Shown one piece after another: positions 34,149-46,109 of a stretch of 64,000 nt of DNA; the stretch's first letter is position 1, and each line of letters begins with the position of its first letter. The position numbers and the translations under genes are program-made. The notes beneath the pieces are model-generated. The model searched no databases and had not been told where the DNA came from. It saw nothing but the letters and a program-made list of their open reading frames with translations. This DNA is from Centroscyllium fabricii (Eukaryota), in assembly GCA_051313645.2 (NCBI GenBank), contig JBNRSN020000001.1:564014001-564078000 (forward strand), in the 5' to 3' direction.

Positions 34149-37100
34149 TGTAGAGGCATGCAGGCCTGAAGAACCACGCTGGACACAGAGAATTCGGAAA
34201 ACAATCATTTAATGTTAACACAACTATGGCCAGGTAGCAAAGAGGCTGAGCCACCAGGAACCAAGGTATTTAAAGGACCCGCGGTTGGTGACGTCACTGC
34301 CGGGTGTCCACCTGGCGACGTCATCACGCCGAAAGTCACGGTGACGTCATCACGCCGCCCGGCGGGCGGGGCCGTCTCGCAGTACTCCCGAGGCGCATTC
34401 GATGGTCCTGGTGGGCGTGTCGCCACACAGCTCCCCCCCAGAATCTGTGAGGGAGAGCAAAGTTTATCCTAAAGTAGAAAGGAGCATAAAGTAAAATAAA
34501 AAAATGGAGCATAAAAGTTGAGTCTCAGGCGAGGCGTTGAGGTGGCCTGATGATGCGGCCAGCACGTGTCGTGCGCTGCTCCTTGTTCTGCGTGGGAGTG
34601 TGGGCGGGCTTCGGTGCGGTAGGGCGTCCGCGCTTTGGTGGCTGCGCGGGGGTTGTTGTCTCACCCGCCATTACGTGTGCCGGTTTGAGCCGGTCGATTG
34701 AGACAGTCTCAGCTCTGTTGCCCATTTTTATCTGGAACGTTTTAGGTCCCGCCTGAAGCACTCTGTACGGTCCGTCGTACGGTGGCTGTAGTGGTGTTCG
34801 ATGTGCGTCGTGGCGGACAAACACATACTTGGCATTCTCAATGCTTTCTGGAACACGTGCTGCCGGCTCTCCGTGCCGGGCCACCGGAAGTGGTTTGAAC
34901 GCCGCCGCCTGGTTATTGAACTCCTTGAGGCAGCGGTCGGCTGACCAGGGGGCGTTGGTTTCCGCGACGAACTTGCCCGGTACGGTTAGGGGTTGGCCAT
35001 AGACTAGTTCCGCCGCTGAGGCGTGCAGGTCTTCTTTGGCCGCTGAACGCAGGCCGAGCATTACCCAGGGCAGGCGGTCGGTCCAGGTCGCGTCCTTAAG
35101 GCTGGCCCGCAGGGAAGCTTTGATGGAGCAGTGGAACCTCTCGCAGAGGCCATTGGCCTGTGGGTGGTAGGCGGTGGTTCGGTGCAGGGTTGCCCCGAGG
35201 TCGTGGGCGATGGTTGCCCATAGGGTTGAGGTAAATTGGGGGCCCCTGTCTGACGTGATGTCGGTGGGGACGCCGAAACGTGCGACCCAGGTGGCAATGA
35301 AGGCCCTGGCCAGGTCCGCGGTGGTGGTGGTGGTAGCGGTGAGGGGGACCGCTTCTGGCCAGCGGGTGCTGCGGTCGACCATGGTCATGACATGTGTATG
35401 TCCCCGTGATGGTGGTAGTGGTCCGACCAGGTCAATATGGACGTGGCTGAAGCGTCTAGCTGGGATGGCGATCGTTTCCAGTGGCGCCTTGATGTGCTTG
35501 TGCACTTTGGCGCACTGGCAGGCATTGCAGGTGTTGGTCCACGCGCGGACATCCTTGCGCAGGCCAGGCCAAACGAAACGCGCAGAGATCAGCTTTGTGG
35601 ACGCGCGGACGCCGGGGTGGGACAGGTCGTGGAGGGTCTGGAAGATGTGTCGCCTCCATGCGTGGGGGACGACGGGTCTGGGCTGCGGGAGGGAGACGTC
35701 GCAGCGGACCGCCGTGGCTGTGGGCCCGCGTGCTACGGTGGCCAAGAGCAGGCCGGGGAGGTTGGTAGCTGGGTCGAGCAGATCGGGGTCGGTCAGTTGG
35801 TCGGCTGCCAGTTTGGCGTAGTCGACGGCCGTTTGAACGGAGTTGATGGTGGGGCGTGAGAGGCAGTCAGCGACCACGTTGTCGCGGCCGGCGATGTGCT
35901 GAACGTCGGTGGTAAACTCCGACACAGCCGCGAGCTGGCGCTGCTGCCTGGCCGACCAGGGTTCAGAGATCTTGGCCATTGCGGACACAAGTGGCTTGTG
36001 ATCCACGAAGGCTGTAAAGTGGCGGCCCTCTAGGAGGAAGCGGAAGTGGCGCACCGCGAGGTAGAGAGCGAGTAGCTCCCTATCGAAGGCGCTGTACTTG
36101 ACCTCCGGGGGCCGGAGTTGTCGGCTGAAAAAGGCCAGGGGTTGCCAGGAGTCGCCTGTCCACTACTCAAAGACTGCTCCGACGGCGCGGTCGGAGGCGT
36201 CGGTGGTGAGGGCTACTCTGGCGTTGGCCTAGGGTGGGTGAGGAGCATGGCGTTGGCCAGGGCGGTTTTGGTTGCGGTAAAGGCGGTGTTGGCTTTGGCC
36301 GTCCACTCGACCGCAGCCTTGTTGGACTGGCCGCGGGTGGCATGGTAGAGGGGGGCCATGAGGGCGGCTGCTCCAGGGATGAAGCGGTTATAAAAATTGA
36401 CCATCCCGAGGAATTACTGCAGCCCCTTGATGGAGTGCGGGCGGGGGAATTCCTGGACTGCCTGCAACTTGGAGGGCAGGGATATGGCCCCGGTCTGGGA
36501 GATGTGGTGGCCGAGGAAGTCGATCGTCTCGAGGCCGAATCGACATTTGGAGGGGCTTAATATAAGGCCGTGTTCGACCAGGCGGTTGAACAGGGCCTTG
36601 AGATGGAGGAGGTGTTCTTGGGGGGAGCTGCTGGCCATGAGGATGTCGTCTAGGTAGACGAACGTGAACTGCAAGTCCCGCAGGACTGAGTCCATGAGGC
36701 GTTGGAAGGCCTGGGCCGCGTTTTTAAGTCTGAAGGGCATTCGGAGGAATTCAAAAAGGCCGAATGGGGTAATGAAGGCTGTCTTAGGGACGTCCGCCGG
36801 GTGCACTGGTAACTGGTATTAGCCCCGTACATGGTCGATCTTTGAAAAGATCGTGCAGCCGGCTAGCCTTGCTGAGAAGTCTTGGATGTGGGGGACGGGG
36901 TACCTGTCTGGGGTGGTGGCGTTGTTGAGGCGGCGGTAGTCTCCGCAGGGGCGCCAGCCGCCGCCGGGTTTGGGGGCAATGTGGAGGGGGGAGGCCCAGG
37001 GTCTGCTGGAGTGGCGGATTATGCCGAGTTGTTCCATGATGTGGAACTCGGCGCGCGCGATCTCCAGCTTGGCCGGGTCCAGCCTTCGTGCGTGGGCATG

Positions 37101-38731
37101 GACTGGGGGGCCTGTAGTGGTGATGTGGTGCTCCACCCCGTGCTTGGCCGTACGGGCTGTGAAGGTGGGGTTGGTGAGGGCTGGGAACTCCGCGAGGAGT
37201 GTGGCATACGTGTCGGAGTTCCGGGCTCGGCAGTGGGACGCTGCGTGGGTCTGGTGTGCCGGCCCTGTGGAGCATGGGATGGTCGACATGTTGTGGATGT
37301 CGACCAGACGGCATCGGGTAACGTCGACCAGTAGGCCGTGGGCACACAGAAAGTCAGCCCCGAGTAGGGGTATTTTGACTTGGGCTGTGATGAAGTTCCA
37401 CTTGTACGTGTGGCCTGCCAGCTTGATGGTAAGCTGGCGGGTGCCGAACGTAACTATCTCGGAGCCGTTTGCGGCTTCAAATGGTGGGCCTTGGGTGCGT
37501 TGCTTGGTTTCTGCGGGGGAGGCTGGCACGATGCTGTGCTGCGCGCCTGTGTCGCAGAGGAAGCGGAGGCCTGAGCCGCTGTCCGTGACGAAGAGCAGTG
37601 CTCCAGATCGGCCTACGGACATGGTGGGGCTTGGGCTGGTTTGGGGTTTGAAGATGCAGGGCTGGACGCAGCGCTGCGCTTTGTGTTCAAACCTGGTGTG
37701 GTAGTAGCACCAGCCGGGGCCTGTGCTGCGTGGCTTTTTACAGGTACGCACTGGCCTGGGTTCGGACTTGGGGCCGGACCTGGGGTGCGCGTAGTACTGC
37801 TCCGGTGGAGCGGCAGTGGGTTGGCACGTGGCGGCTCGGGTGCGCTCGGCCCTCATCAGCTTGTCGGCCTCCTCAGCCAGTTGCTCTTTAGTGTAGTGAT
37901 CAAGGATCGTCAGAGCCGGTCTGACGGAGGGGGGCAGTTTGAGGAGGAACAAGGCGCGCTTAATGGTGGCCGGGTCGCAATTGAGCGCTTTCATTTGGGC
38001 CCAGAGGTCCGATGGGTCTGCGCCCCCGAGTTCGGGGAGGTTAATGAGCTGGCAGTCGTGCTCGAATTGGGTGGGGGTGAATTTTTTTAGCAGCGCGGCC
38101 TTAAGCGATTCGTACCTGCCAGCAGTTGGTTCGTGCTGTATCGATGACCACATTCGGTCGACCGTGGTCTGTGAAAGGGCCACGAAGAGCAGGCTGTATC
38201 GATCGTCCCCCTGTACGCCATGGATGCAGTAGGTGTTCTCCGTGCTGAGGAACCAGGCCGCTGGACGTAGTTCCCAGAACTCTGGCAAGTTTGGAATTTG
38301 GCCATAGTTCTGGCCCAGTCTGTGGAGTCGTGCTGTTTGGCTCCCTGCTGGCATGGTGGTTGTGATTCAACTGAGGCAGCTTGGCCCTCAGTCCTGCAGC
38401 AACTGCTTCATTATGTTCCCTTGGAATTCGTTCCAAGTATCGAGGTCACCATTGTAGAGGCATGAAGGCCTGAAGAACCACGCTGGACACAGAGAATTCG
38501 GAAAACAATCATTTAATGTTAACACAACTATGGCCAGGTAGCAAAGAGGCTGAGCCACCTGGAACCAGGGTATTTAAAGGACCCGCGGTTGGTGACGTCA
38601 CTGCCAGGTGTCCACCTGGCGACGTCATCACGCCGGAAGTCGCGGTGACGTCATCACGCCGCCCGGCGGGCAGGGCCATCTCGCAGTACTCCCAAGGCGG
38701 ATTCGATGGTCCTGGTGGGCGTGTCGCCACA
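34149..38731 (-). mobile_element. Full-length Gypsy LTR retrotransposon, CsRn1 clade (copy B), in the Tx1 3' region
   Basis: 279-bp LTRs at 34149-34427 and 38453-38731, 4-bp TSD CAGG, PBS TGGTGACCTCG (tRNA-Trp), PPT TGGGGGGAGCTG. Confidence 0.95.
34525..38354 (-). pseudogene. gag-pol: CsRn1 gag-pol with a few stops and frameshifts
   Basis: ORFs 36819-38354 (gag, PR, RT N-terminus), 36414-36806 (YLDD) and 34525-36054 (RNase H C-terminus, IN); paralogous to copy A. Confidence 0.92.
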
Positions 38732-39006
38732 CAGGAGACAAATTAAACTGTAGGTTTTGATGTTAAAATGTGGTGGCAGAATGCCTGTGCAGAGCGGTGG
38801 AATTGATTTGTATGATACCATGAAATGATCACAATATTGTAAATGTTCAATAAAGTATATTTAAAAACCAAAGTGGATAGCACACTCAGTTCTTCTAAGT
38901 CAGAAGGTTGTGGTTTCAAGTCCCACTTCAGGGACTTGAGCACATAAATCTAGGCTGACATTCCAGTGCAGTGCTGAGGAAATGCTGCACTGTCGGAGGT
39001 GCCGTC

Positions 39007-42000
39007 TGTAACCTGAAATAACGACCTCGTGGACGAGTAGTTAGATAGAGAAACAATTAGGCTTTTATTCACTACAAGGTGGGACATACACCAGCTAGTC
39101 GACTGTCCCCAGGTATGGCCGGGGGATGGGAGGCAGCCACTTATATACCCCCTCCAGGGAGGGAGGAGTCGTGGGCGGAGCCGACCTGGGCATGTCCCAG
39201 TAATCGTATCACTATACAGGTATTACATCAATACATGTAGATTAACTATATACATACAATACTTATGATAAACGGGTTTATCACATTCACCCCTTCTTTA
39301 AAACAAAAGTCCGGCGGGGTGAAAGGAAAAAGTTCTTTATTCATAAATTAAGTCGCTCCGGCGGTCTGGTGATCCTTGTTGATCGTCGCACCGCTGGTGG
39401 TGTCCGCGGTCGCGGGGTGGCTGGCCGAGTCAGTTGCTGTGGTGGTGCCGGTGCCGGTTGGCGAGCGGTGGTCGTTGATATGTTTCTGGGTGGTGGTGCC
39501 CTTGTTCTGACAGCAGGGGGCGCGCTCTCTCCTTCGTCCTCTGACTCTAGGGGGCGTGCGCTGTGGAGCCAAGCTGGAGGCCATGCCGTGCTGCTCGCAG
39601 GTGCCGTGTGGGCGTACTGGGGCACTGGGTCCACGTGCCGGGGAGCGTACCTTGGCGCCGGTGGCTGGGTTGACGTGACATGGCGTTTTGGGTGCGCGGG
39701 CTGCTGGGCGGGGCTTCTTGGGTGCTTGGGCTGCTGGGCGGGGCTGTGTTTGGGGACTCCAGCTGGCGCCAGGTCTTTTATGGACACGGTGTCCTCCCTC
39801 CCGTCGGGGTATAGGCGTACTGTGGATTGGCGTGCAGGAGGTGGACCGTTCGACCAGGGGATCTGCCTTGTGTCCCCTCACGTGCTTCCGGAGTAGGACC
39901 GGTCCCGGGGATAGCAGCCACGATGGTAGCGAGGTCCCGGAAGCCGACTTCCTGGGGAAGGCAAAAAGTCTTTCGTGAGGGGTGGCATTAGTGGCAGTAC
40001 ACAGGAGGGACCGGATAGAGTGGAGCGCTTCGGGGAGGGCTTCCTGCCATCGGGAGACTGGGAGGCCTTTAGACCGTAGGGCTAGCAGGATGGCCTTCCA
40101 GACAGTGGCGTTCTCCCTCTCTACCTGTCCGCTCCCCCGGGGGTTGTAGCTGGTAGTCCTGCTAGTCGCGATGCCTTTGGCTAGCAGAAACTGACGCAGC
40201 TCGTCACTCATAAAGGACGCCCCCCGGTCACTATGAATGTAGTTGGGATAGCCGAACAGGGAGAAGATACTATTGAGGGCTTTGATGACGGTGGCGGAGG
40301 TCATGTCCGGGCAGGGGATGGCAAAGGGGAAACGGGAGTACTCATCAATTATGTTGAGGAAGTACACATTCCTGTTGGAGGAGGGAAGGGGTCCTTTGAA
40401 ATCGACACTGAGTCGTTCAAAGGGGCGAGTGGCCTTAATCAAGTGCGCCCGGTCTGGCCGGTAGAAGTGCGGTTTGCACTCCGCGCAGACCTGGCAATTG
40501 CTGGTCAGGGTCTTGACTTCTTCGATTGAGTAGGGGAGGTTGCGGGACTTCACAAAGTGAACCAACCTGGTGACCCCCGGGTGGCAGAGGTCATTGTGAA
40601 GGGTTTGGAGTGGGTCAGCCTGTGTGCTGGCACAGGTACCGCGGGATAGGGCGTCTGGGGGTTCGTTAAATTTCCCGGGCCGGTACAAGATATCATAATT
40701 GAACGCAGAGATTTCAATTCTCCACCTTAGTATCTTGTCGTTCTTTATTTTACCCCGTTCTTTGTTGTTGAACATGAACGCGACTGATCGTTGGTCAGTC
40801 AGCAGGGTAAAACGCTTGCCGGCCAGGTTGTGCTTCCAGTGACGCACTGCTTCAACGATGGCCTGGGCCTCCTTCTCGACTGAGGAGTGGCAGGTCTCGG
40901 GGCCTTGGAGGGTACGCGAGAAGAAGGCCACGGGTCTGCCCGCCTGGTTAAGGGTGGCGGCCAGGGCAAAGTCCGATGCATCGCTCTCGACCTGAAAGGG
41001 GACCGACTCATCCACAGCGTGCATCGTGGCTTTAGCAATATCATTCTTAATTCCGCAGAACGCCGAGCTGGCTTATGCGGACAGGGGAAAAGAGGTTGAT
41101 TTAAGCAGTAGGCGAGCTTTGTCCACGTAATTGGAGACCCACTGGGCATAATAAGCAAAGAATCCCAAGCACCGTTTAAGGGCCTTGGGGGAGTGGGGGA
41201 GGGGAAGCTCCATGAGGGGGCGCATGCGGTCCGGGTCGGGGCCGATGACCCCATTCTCCACAACACTGCCAAGGATGGCCAGGCGGGTGGTACTAAACAC
41301 GCACTTTTCGGTGTTATACGTTAAGTTAAGCGTTTTGGCGGTGTGGAGACATTTTTGGAGGTTGGCGTCATGGTCCTGCTGATCGTGGCCGCAGATGGTC
41401 ACATTATCGAGGTACGGGAAAGTGGCTCGCAGCCCGTACCGATCGACCATTCGGTCCATCTCCCTTTGGAAGACCGAGACCCCATTCGTGACACCAAACG
41501 GGACCCTAAGGTAGTGGTAGATGCGACCGTCAGCCTCGAAGGCTGTATAGAGACGGTCCTCTGAGCGAATGGGAAGCTGGTGATAGGCGGACTTGAGATC
41601 TATGGTGGAAAACACTTTAAACTGTGCGATCTGGTTCACCATGTCCGCTATCCGGGGAAGGGGGTAGGCATCTAATTGGGTGAACCGGTTTATGGTCTGG
41701 CTGTAGTCCACAACCATTCGGTTCTTCGCTCCAGTTTTGACCACCACTACCTGCGCCCTCCAGGGGCTATTACTGGCCTCGATGACCCCTTCTTTGAGGA
41801 GGCGCTGCACCTCGGACTTTATAAAGTCCATGTCCCCAGCACTGTAGCGCCTACTCTTGGTGGCGATGGGCTTGCAGTCTGGGGTGAGGTTGGCAAAGAG
41901 CAAGGGAGGGGCGACCTTAAGGGTCGAGAGGCCACAGGTAGTGCGCCGGGGGTGCTGCGCTGGGCTGCGGTTTCTGACCGTGAGCGAGGGGAGGGGCCCA

Positions 42001-43608
42001 CCGAACGCCATGGTAACACTCTGGAGATGGCACTGGAAATCCAGGCCCAGGAGTAATGGGGCGCAGAGCTGCGGCAGCACGAAAAAGCTAAAATTATCGA
42101 AAAGCGCGCCATGGACAGTTAGTGCTACTGCGCAACGCCCGGAGACGTCCGCAGATTCTGACTTAGAAGCCATTGAGATTCTTTGGCGCGCTGGTATTAC
42201 TTTAAGGGAGAGGCGCTGTACAGTATCAGGATTAATAAAACTCACTGTGCTCCCACTGTCGAAAAGGCACACCACTTCTTGACCATTGACTTCAACCGGC
42301 ATCATCGATTTTCCCAGTGATTGAGCCTTGTCCTGATCAAGAGTCACTGATGCCAATATTGGGTCCGATGATTCTTCTTGATCCGAAGAGTAGTCCTCCG
42401 GGGCCGGTCCCCAAGGTGGCTGCCGCCATGCGGTGTACTGTGGAGGGGGTGGCTGAGTCCAATATGGTGACTGCTGCCACGAGGGGTGCTGAGTGGGGGA
42501 TGGGTGAGCCCAATATGGCTGCTCCCATGTTCCACACGCGGCGCTGCCCGGTTTTGATTTAGTGGTAGCTTTACAGACCTTAGCGTAGTGTCCTTTCTTC
42601 CCACATTTTGAGCAGGCCGCTTCTCTAGCCGGGCAGTTACGTCTCGGGTGCTGAGACTGCCTACAAAAGTAACATCTAGCCGTCTTCGCATGAGCGGCTG
42701 CAATCATTTCTTCTGCCGGCCGTTGCGCCGGCGCTATCCAAGATGGCGGGGCTGGGCCCGTATAGTTGCTAGAGTACGATGATAGATTTAGCGAGGCCAC
42801 ATCCAGCGCATTTCCCAGGTCCGCAGTTGCCTGCAGGTCAAGGCCGTTCTGCTCTAGCAGCCTCTGTCTTACATAGTCCGACCTGAGGCCTGTTACGTAC
42901 GCATCTCTGATGAGACTGTCCACATGGACCGGGGCCATTTGCGCTCTGCAGTCACAGGCCCGCGAAAGTACTCTCAGCGCTCTTAGAAATTCCACACTTG
43001 ACTCACCGAGTTGCTGCTTCCTGGTGGCAAGGATATGTCTAGCGTGGACGATATTGGGTGCCCGATTGTACTCAGCTTTGAGAATCCTGATGGCATCCAA
43101 GTAGGATGAGGCGTCCACGATCATGGAGTACACCTGAGGGCCCACCCGGGCGTTGAGGAGCCGTCGTTTATCCTCTTCGGTCACCACGACCGCTGCGTTC
43201 GTTTTTAGGTACGCATCGAAGACACTGTGCCAGTGTGTAAAAGTATTCGATGCACCTGGTGTTCGGGGATCCAATTCGAACGTCGCTGGCTTGAGCATGG
43301 TATCCATCTTCAAATGTAGTGAATAAAATTGTGACCTGAAATAACAACCTCGTGGACAAGTAGTTAGATAGAGAAACAATTAGGCTTTTATTCACTACAA
43401 GGTGGGACATACACCAGCTAGTCGACTGTCCCCAGGTATGGCCGGGGGATGGGAGGCAGCCACTTATATACCCCCTCCAGGGAGGGAGGAGTCGTGGGCG
43501 GAGCCGACCTGGGCATGTCCCAGTAATCGTATCACTGTACAGGTATTACATCAATACATGTAGATTAACTATATACATACAATACTTATGATAAACGGGT
43601 TTATCACA
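39007..43608 (-). mobile_element. Near-intact Gypsy LTR retrotransposon lacking a tRNA PBS
   Basis: 279-bp LTRs at 39007-39285 and 43330-43608 (about 4 differences by eye), 5-bp TSD CCGTC, PPT AAAGAAGGGGTGAA. Confidence 0.95.
39341..43307 (-). pseudogene. gag-pol: Single gag-pol frame with one stop near 41073 and a distal frameshift
   Basis: Likely start MDTMLKP at 43307. Two knuckles (CYFCRQSQH..C, CSKCGKKGH..C), LFDSGS, YPLPRI, YLDN, ESDASD, H..H..C..C, DFKGPLP, SDRG. Confidence 0.9.
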
Positions 43609-44008
43609 CCGTCTTTCAGATGAGACGTTAAACCAAGGCCCCATCAGCTCTCTCGGGTGGACGTAAAAGATCCCACGGCACTATTTTGAAGAAGAGCAGG
43701 GGAGATATCTCCGGTGTCCTGGCCAATATTTACCCTCAATCAACATGGCAAAAGCAGATTATCTGGTCATTATCACATTGCTGTTTGTGGGACCTTGCTG
43801 AGTGCAAATTGTCTGCCACATTTCCCACATTACAACAGTGACTACAATTCAAAAGTATTTCATTGGCTGTGAAGCACTTTGAGATGTCCGGTGGTCAAAA
43901 AGGCGCTATATAAATGCAAGTCTTTCTTTTTGTGGAAGTGCTTGGTAGTTTCTAGAGCTCTCTAAAGTTGCTAAAGTCTACAGGGAGTGGTGTGGCAGGT
44001 GCTGAAAT

Positions 44009-46064
44009 ATAGAAACATAGAAGATAGGAGCAGGAGTCGGCCATTCGGCCCCTCGAGTCTGCTCTGCCATTCAACGAGATCATGGCTGATTATCCAAATT
44101 CCGTACCCTGTCCCTGCCTTCTCCCCATATCGCTTAATCCCTTTAACCTTAAGAAATATATCCAACACCTTCTTGAATATATTTAATGAATTGGCCTCTG
44201 CTGCCTTCTGTGGCAGAGAATTCCATAGGTTCACCACTCTCTGGGTGAAGAGGTTCCTCCTCATCGCTGAGGGCGGCATGGTGGCATAGTAGTTAGCACT
44301 GTTGTCTCACAGCACTGGAGACCCGGGTTCAAATCCAGCCTCGGGTACTATCTGTGTGGAGTTTGCACATTCTCCCCGTGTCTGCGTGGGTTTCCTCTGG
44401 GTGCTCCGGTTTCCTCCCACAGTCCAAAGATGTGCGGGTTAGGTTGATTGGCCAGGATAAATTGACCCTTAGTGTTAGGGGGATTAAATATGTGGGGTTA
44501 CTGGGATATGTGTCGGTGCAGGCTTGAGAGGGATATGGGGAGAGTGCAGGGGCGGGGTACTGGGTTTGGATGATCAGCAATGATCTCATTGAATGGCGGA
44601 GCAGGCTCGAAGGGCCGAATGGCCTACTCCTGCTTCTAGTTTCTATGTTTCTATGTTTCTATGTTGTAAATGGCTTACCCCTTATCCTTAGACTGTGACC
44701 CCTGGTTCTGGACTCCCCCGCCATCGGGAACATCCTTCCTGTATCTAGTCTGTCTAGTCCTTTTAGAATTTTATAAGTTTCAATGAGATCACCTCTCATT
44801 CTTCTAAATTCCAACGAGTATAAGCCCAATCGACCCAAACTCTCCTCACACGTCATTCCTGCCATCCCTGGTATCAGTCTGGTGAATCTTCGCTGCACTC
44901 TCTCCATGGCAAGAACATCCTTCCTCAGATACGGTGACCAAAACTGCACACAATACTCAAGATGTGGTCTCACCAAGGCCTTGTACAACGGCAGCAAGAC
45001 ATCCCTGTTCCTGTACTCAAACCCTCTCACTACGAAGGCCAACATACCATTTGGCTTCTTAAACGCCTGTTGCACTTGCATGCTTACCTTCAGCGTCTGG
45101 TGTATAAGGACACCCAGGTCTTGTTGCACTTCCCCTTCTCCCAATCTATTGCCATTCAGATAATAATTTGCCTTCCTGTTTCTGCCACCAAAGTGGATAA
45201 CCTCACATTTATCCACATTATATTGCATCTGCCATGCTTCTGCCCAATCACCCAACCTGTCCAAATCATACTGGACTTTCTCAGCATCCTCCTCATATCA
45301 CACACGCCCACCCAGCTTTGTGTCATCTGCAAATTTGGAGATATTACATCTAGTTCCCTCGTCGAGATCATTATATTGTGAATAGCTGGGGTCCAAGGAC
45401 CAATCCCTGCGGTACCCCACTAGTCACTACCTGCCACTCGGAAAAAGAGCCGTTTATTCCAACTCTTTGCTTTCTGTCTGCCAACCAGTTCTCTATCCAA
45501 GTCAATACCTTGCCCCCAATCCCATGTGCCTTAACTTTACATGCTAATCTCTTTTTACAGGACCTTATCGAACACCTTTTGAAAGTCCAAATACACCACA
45601 TCCACTGGATCTCTCGAATCTATTTCACCAGTTACATCCTCAAAAATTCCCAGTAGATTAGTCAAGCATGACTTACCCTTTGTAAATCCATGTTGACTTT
45701 GCCCGATCCATTCACTGTTTTCCAAGTGCTCTGCTATTACATCTTTTATAATGGACTCTAGCATTTTCCCACTACCGATGTCAGGCTTACCGGTCTATAA
45801 TTCCCTGTTTTCTCTCTGCTACCTTCTTTGAATAGTGGGGTTACATTAGCTACCCTCCAATCCATGGAAACTGTTCCAGAGTCTATTGAATTTTGAAAGA
45901 TGACCAGCAATGCATCGACTATTTCTAGGGCCACTTCCTTAAGTACCCTAGGATGTAGATTATTAGGTCCTGGGGATTTATCGGCCTTCAATCCCGTCAA
46001 TTTCCCGAACACCATTTCCTTACAAATACTGATTTCTTTCCATTCCTCCCTTTCATTAGACCCT
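44009..46064 (-). mobile_element. 5'-truncated HER1/CR1 LINE
   Basis: KSPGPNNLHPRVLKE, QHGFTKGKSCLTNL, VYLDFQK, SGVPQG, RPHLEYCVQFWSP; 3' tail at ~44009. Confidence 0.92.
44271..44664 (+). mobile_element. HE1-type V-SINE inserted in the CR1
   Basis: Same head, V-domain and tail as 7254-7668. Confidence 0.9.
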
Positions 46065-46109
46065 GAAGGACTTTGGCCTGACATCAAGGATTCTGCACAG
46101 AGCACTTGC

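Larger units (their letters stand above)
19384..38871 (+). mobile_element. Tx1-like (L1 clade) LINE with several nested insertions; RT region deleted
   Basis: 17-bp TSD AGTGGGTAGCACTCTCA (19367-19383) and AGTGGATAGCACACTCA (38872-38888). ORF1 and ORF2 remnants; AATAAA at 38849 with a short A tract. Confidence 0.8.
19351..43930 (+). mobile_element. SacSINE1-like DeuSINE split into three pieces (19351-19383, 38872-39006, 43609-43930)
   Basis: Head GTGGCTCAGTGGGTAGCACTCTC continues at 38872 (AGTCAGAAGGTTGTGGTTTCAAGTCCCAC, B box). The Deu-domain GAGGTGCCGTC|TTTCAGATGAGACGTTAAACC rejoins across the Gypsy TSD. Tail TATATAAATGCAAGTCTTTCTTT matches the copy at 50622-50952. Confidence 0.8.
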
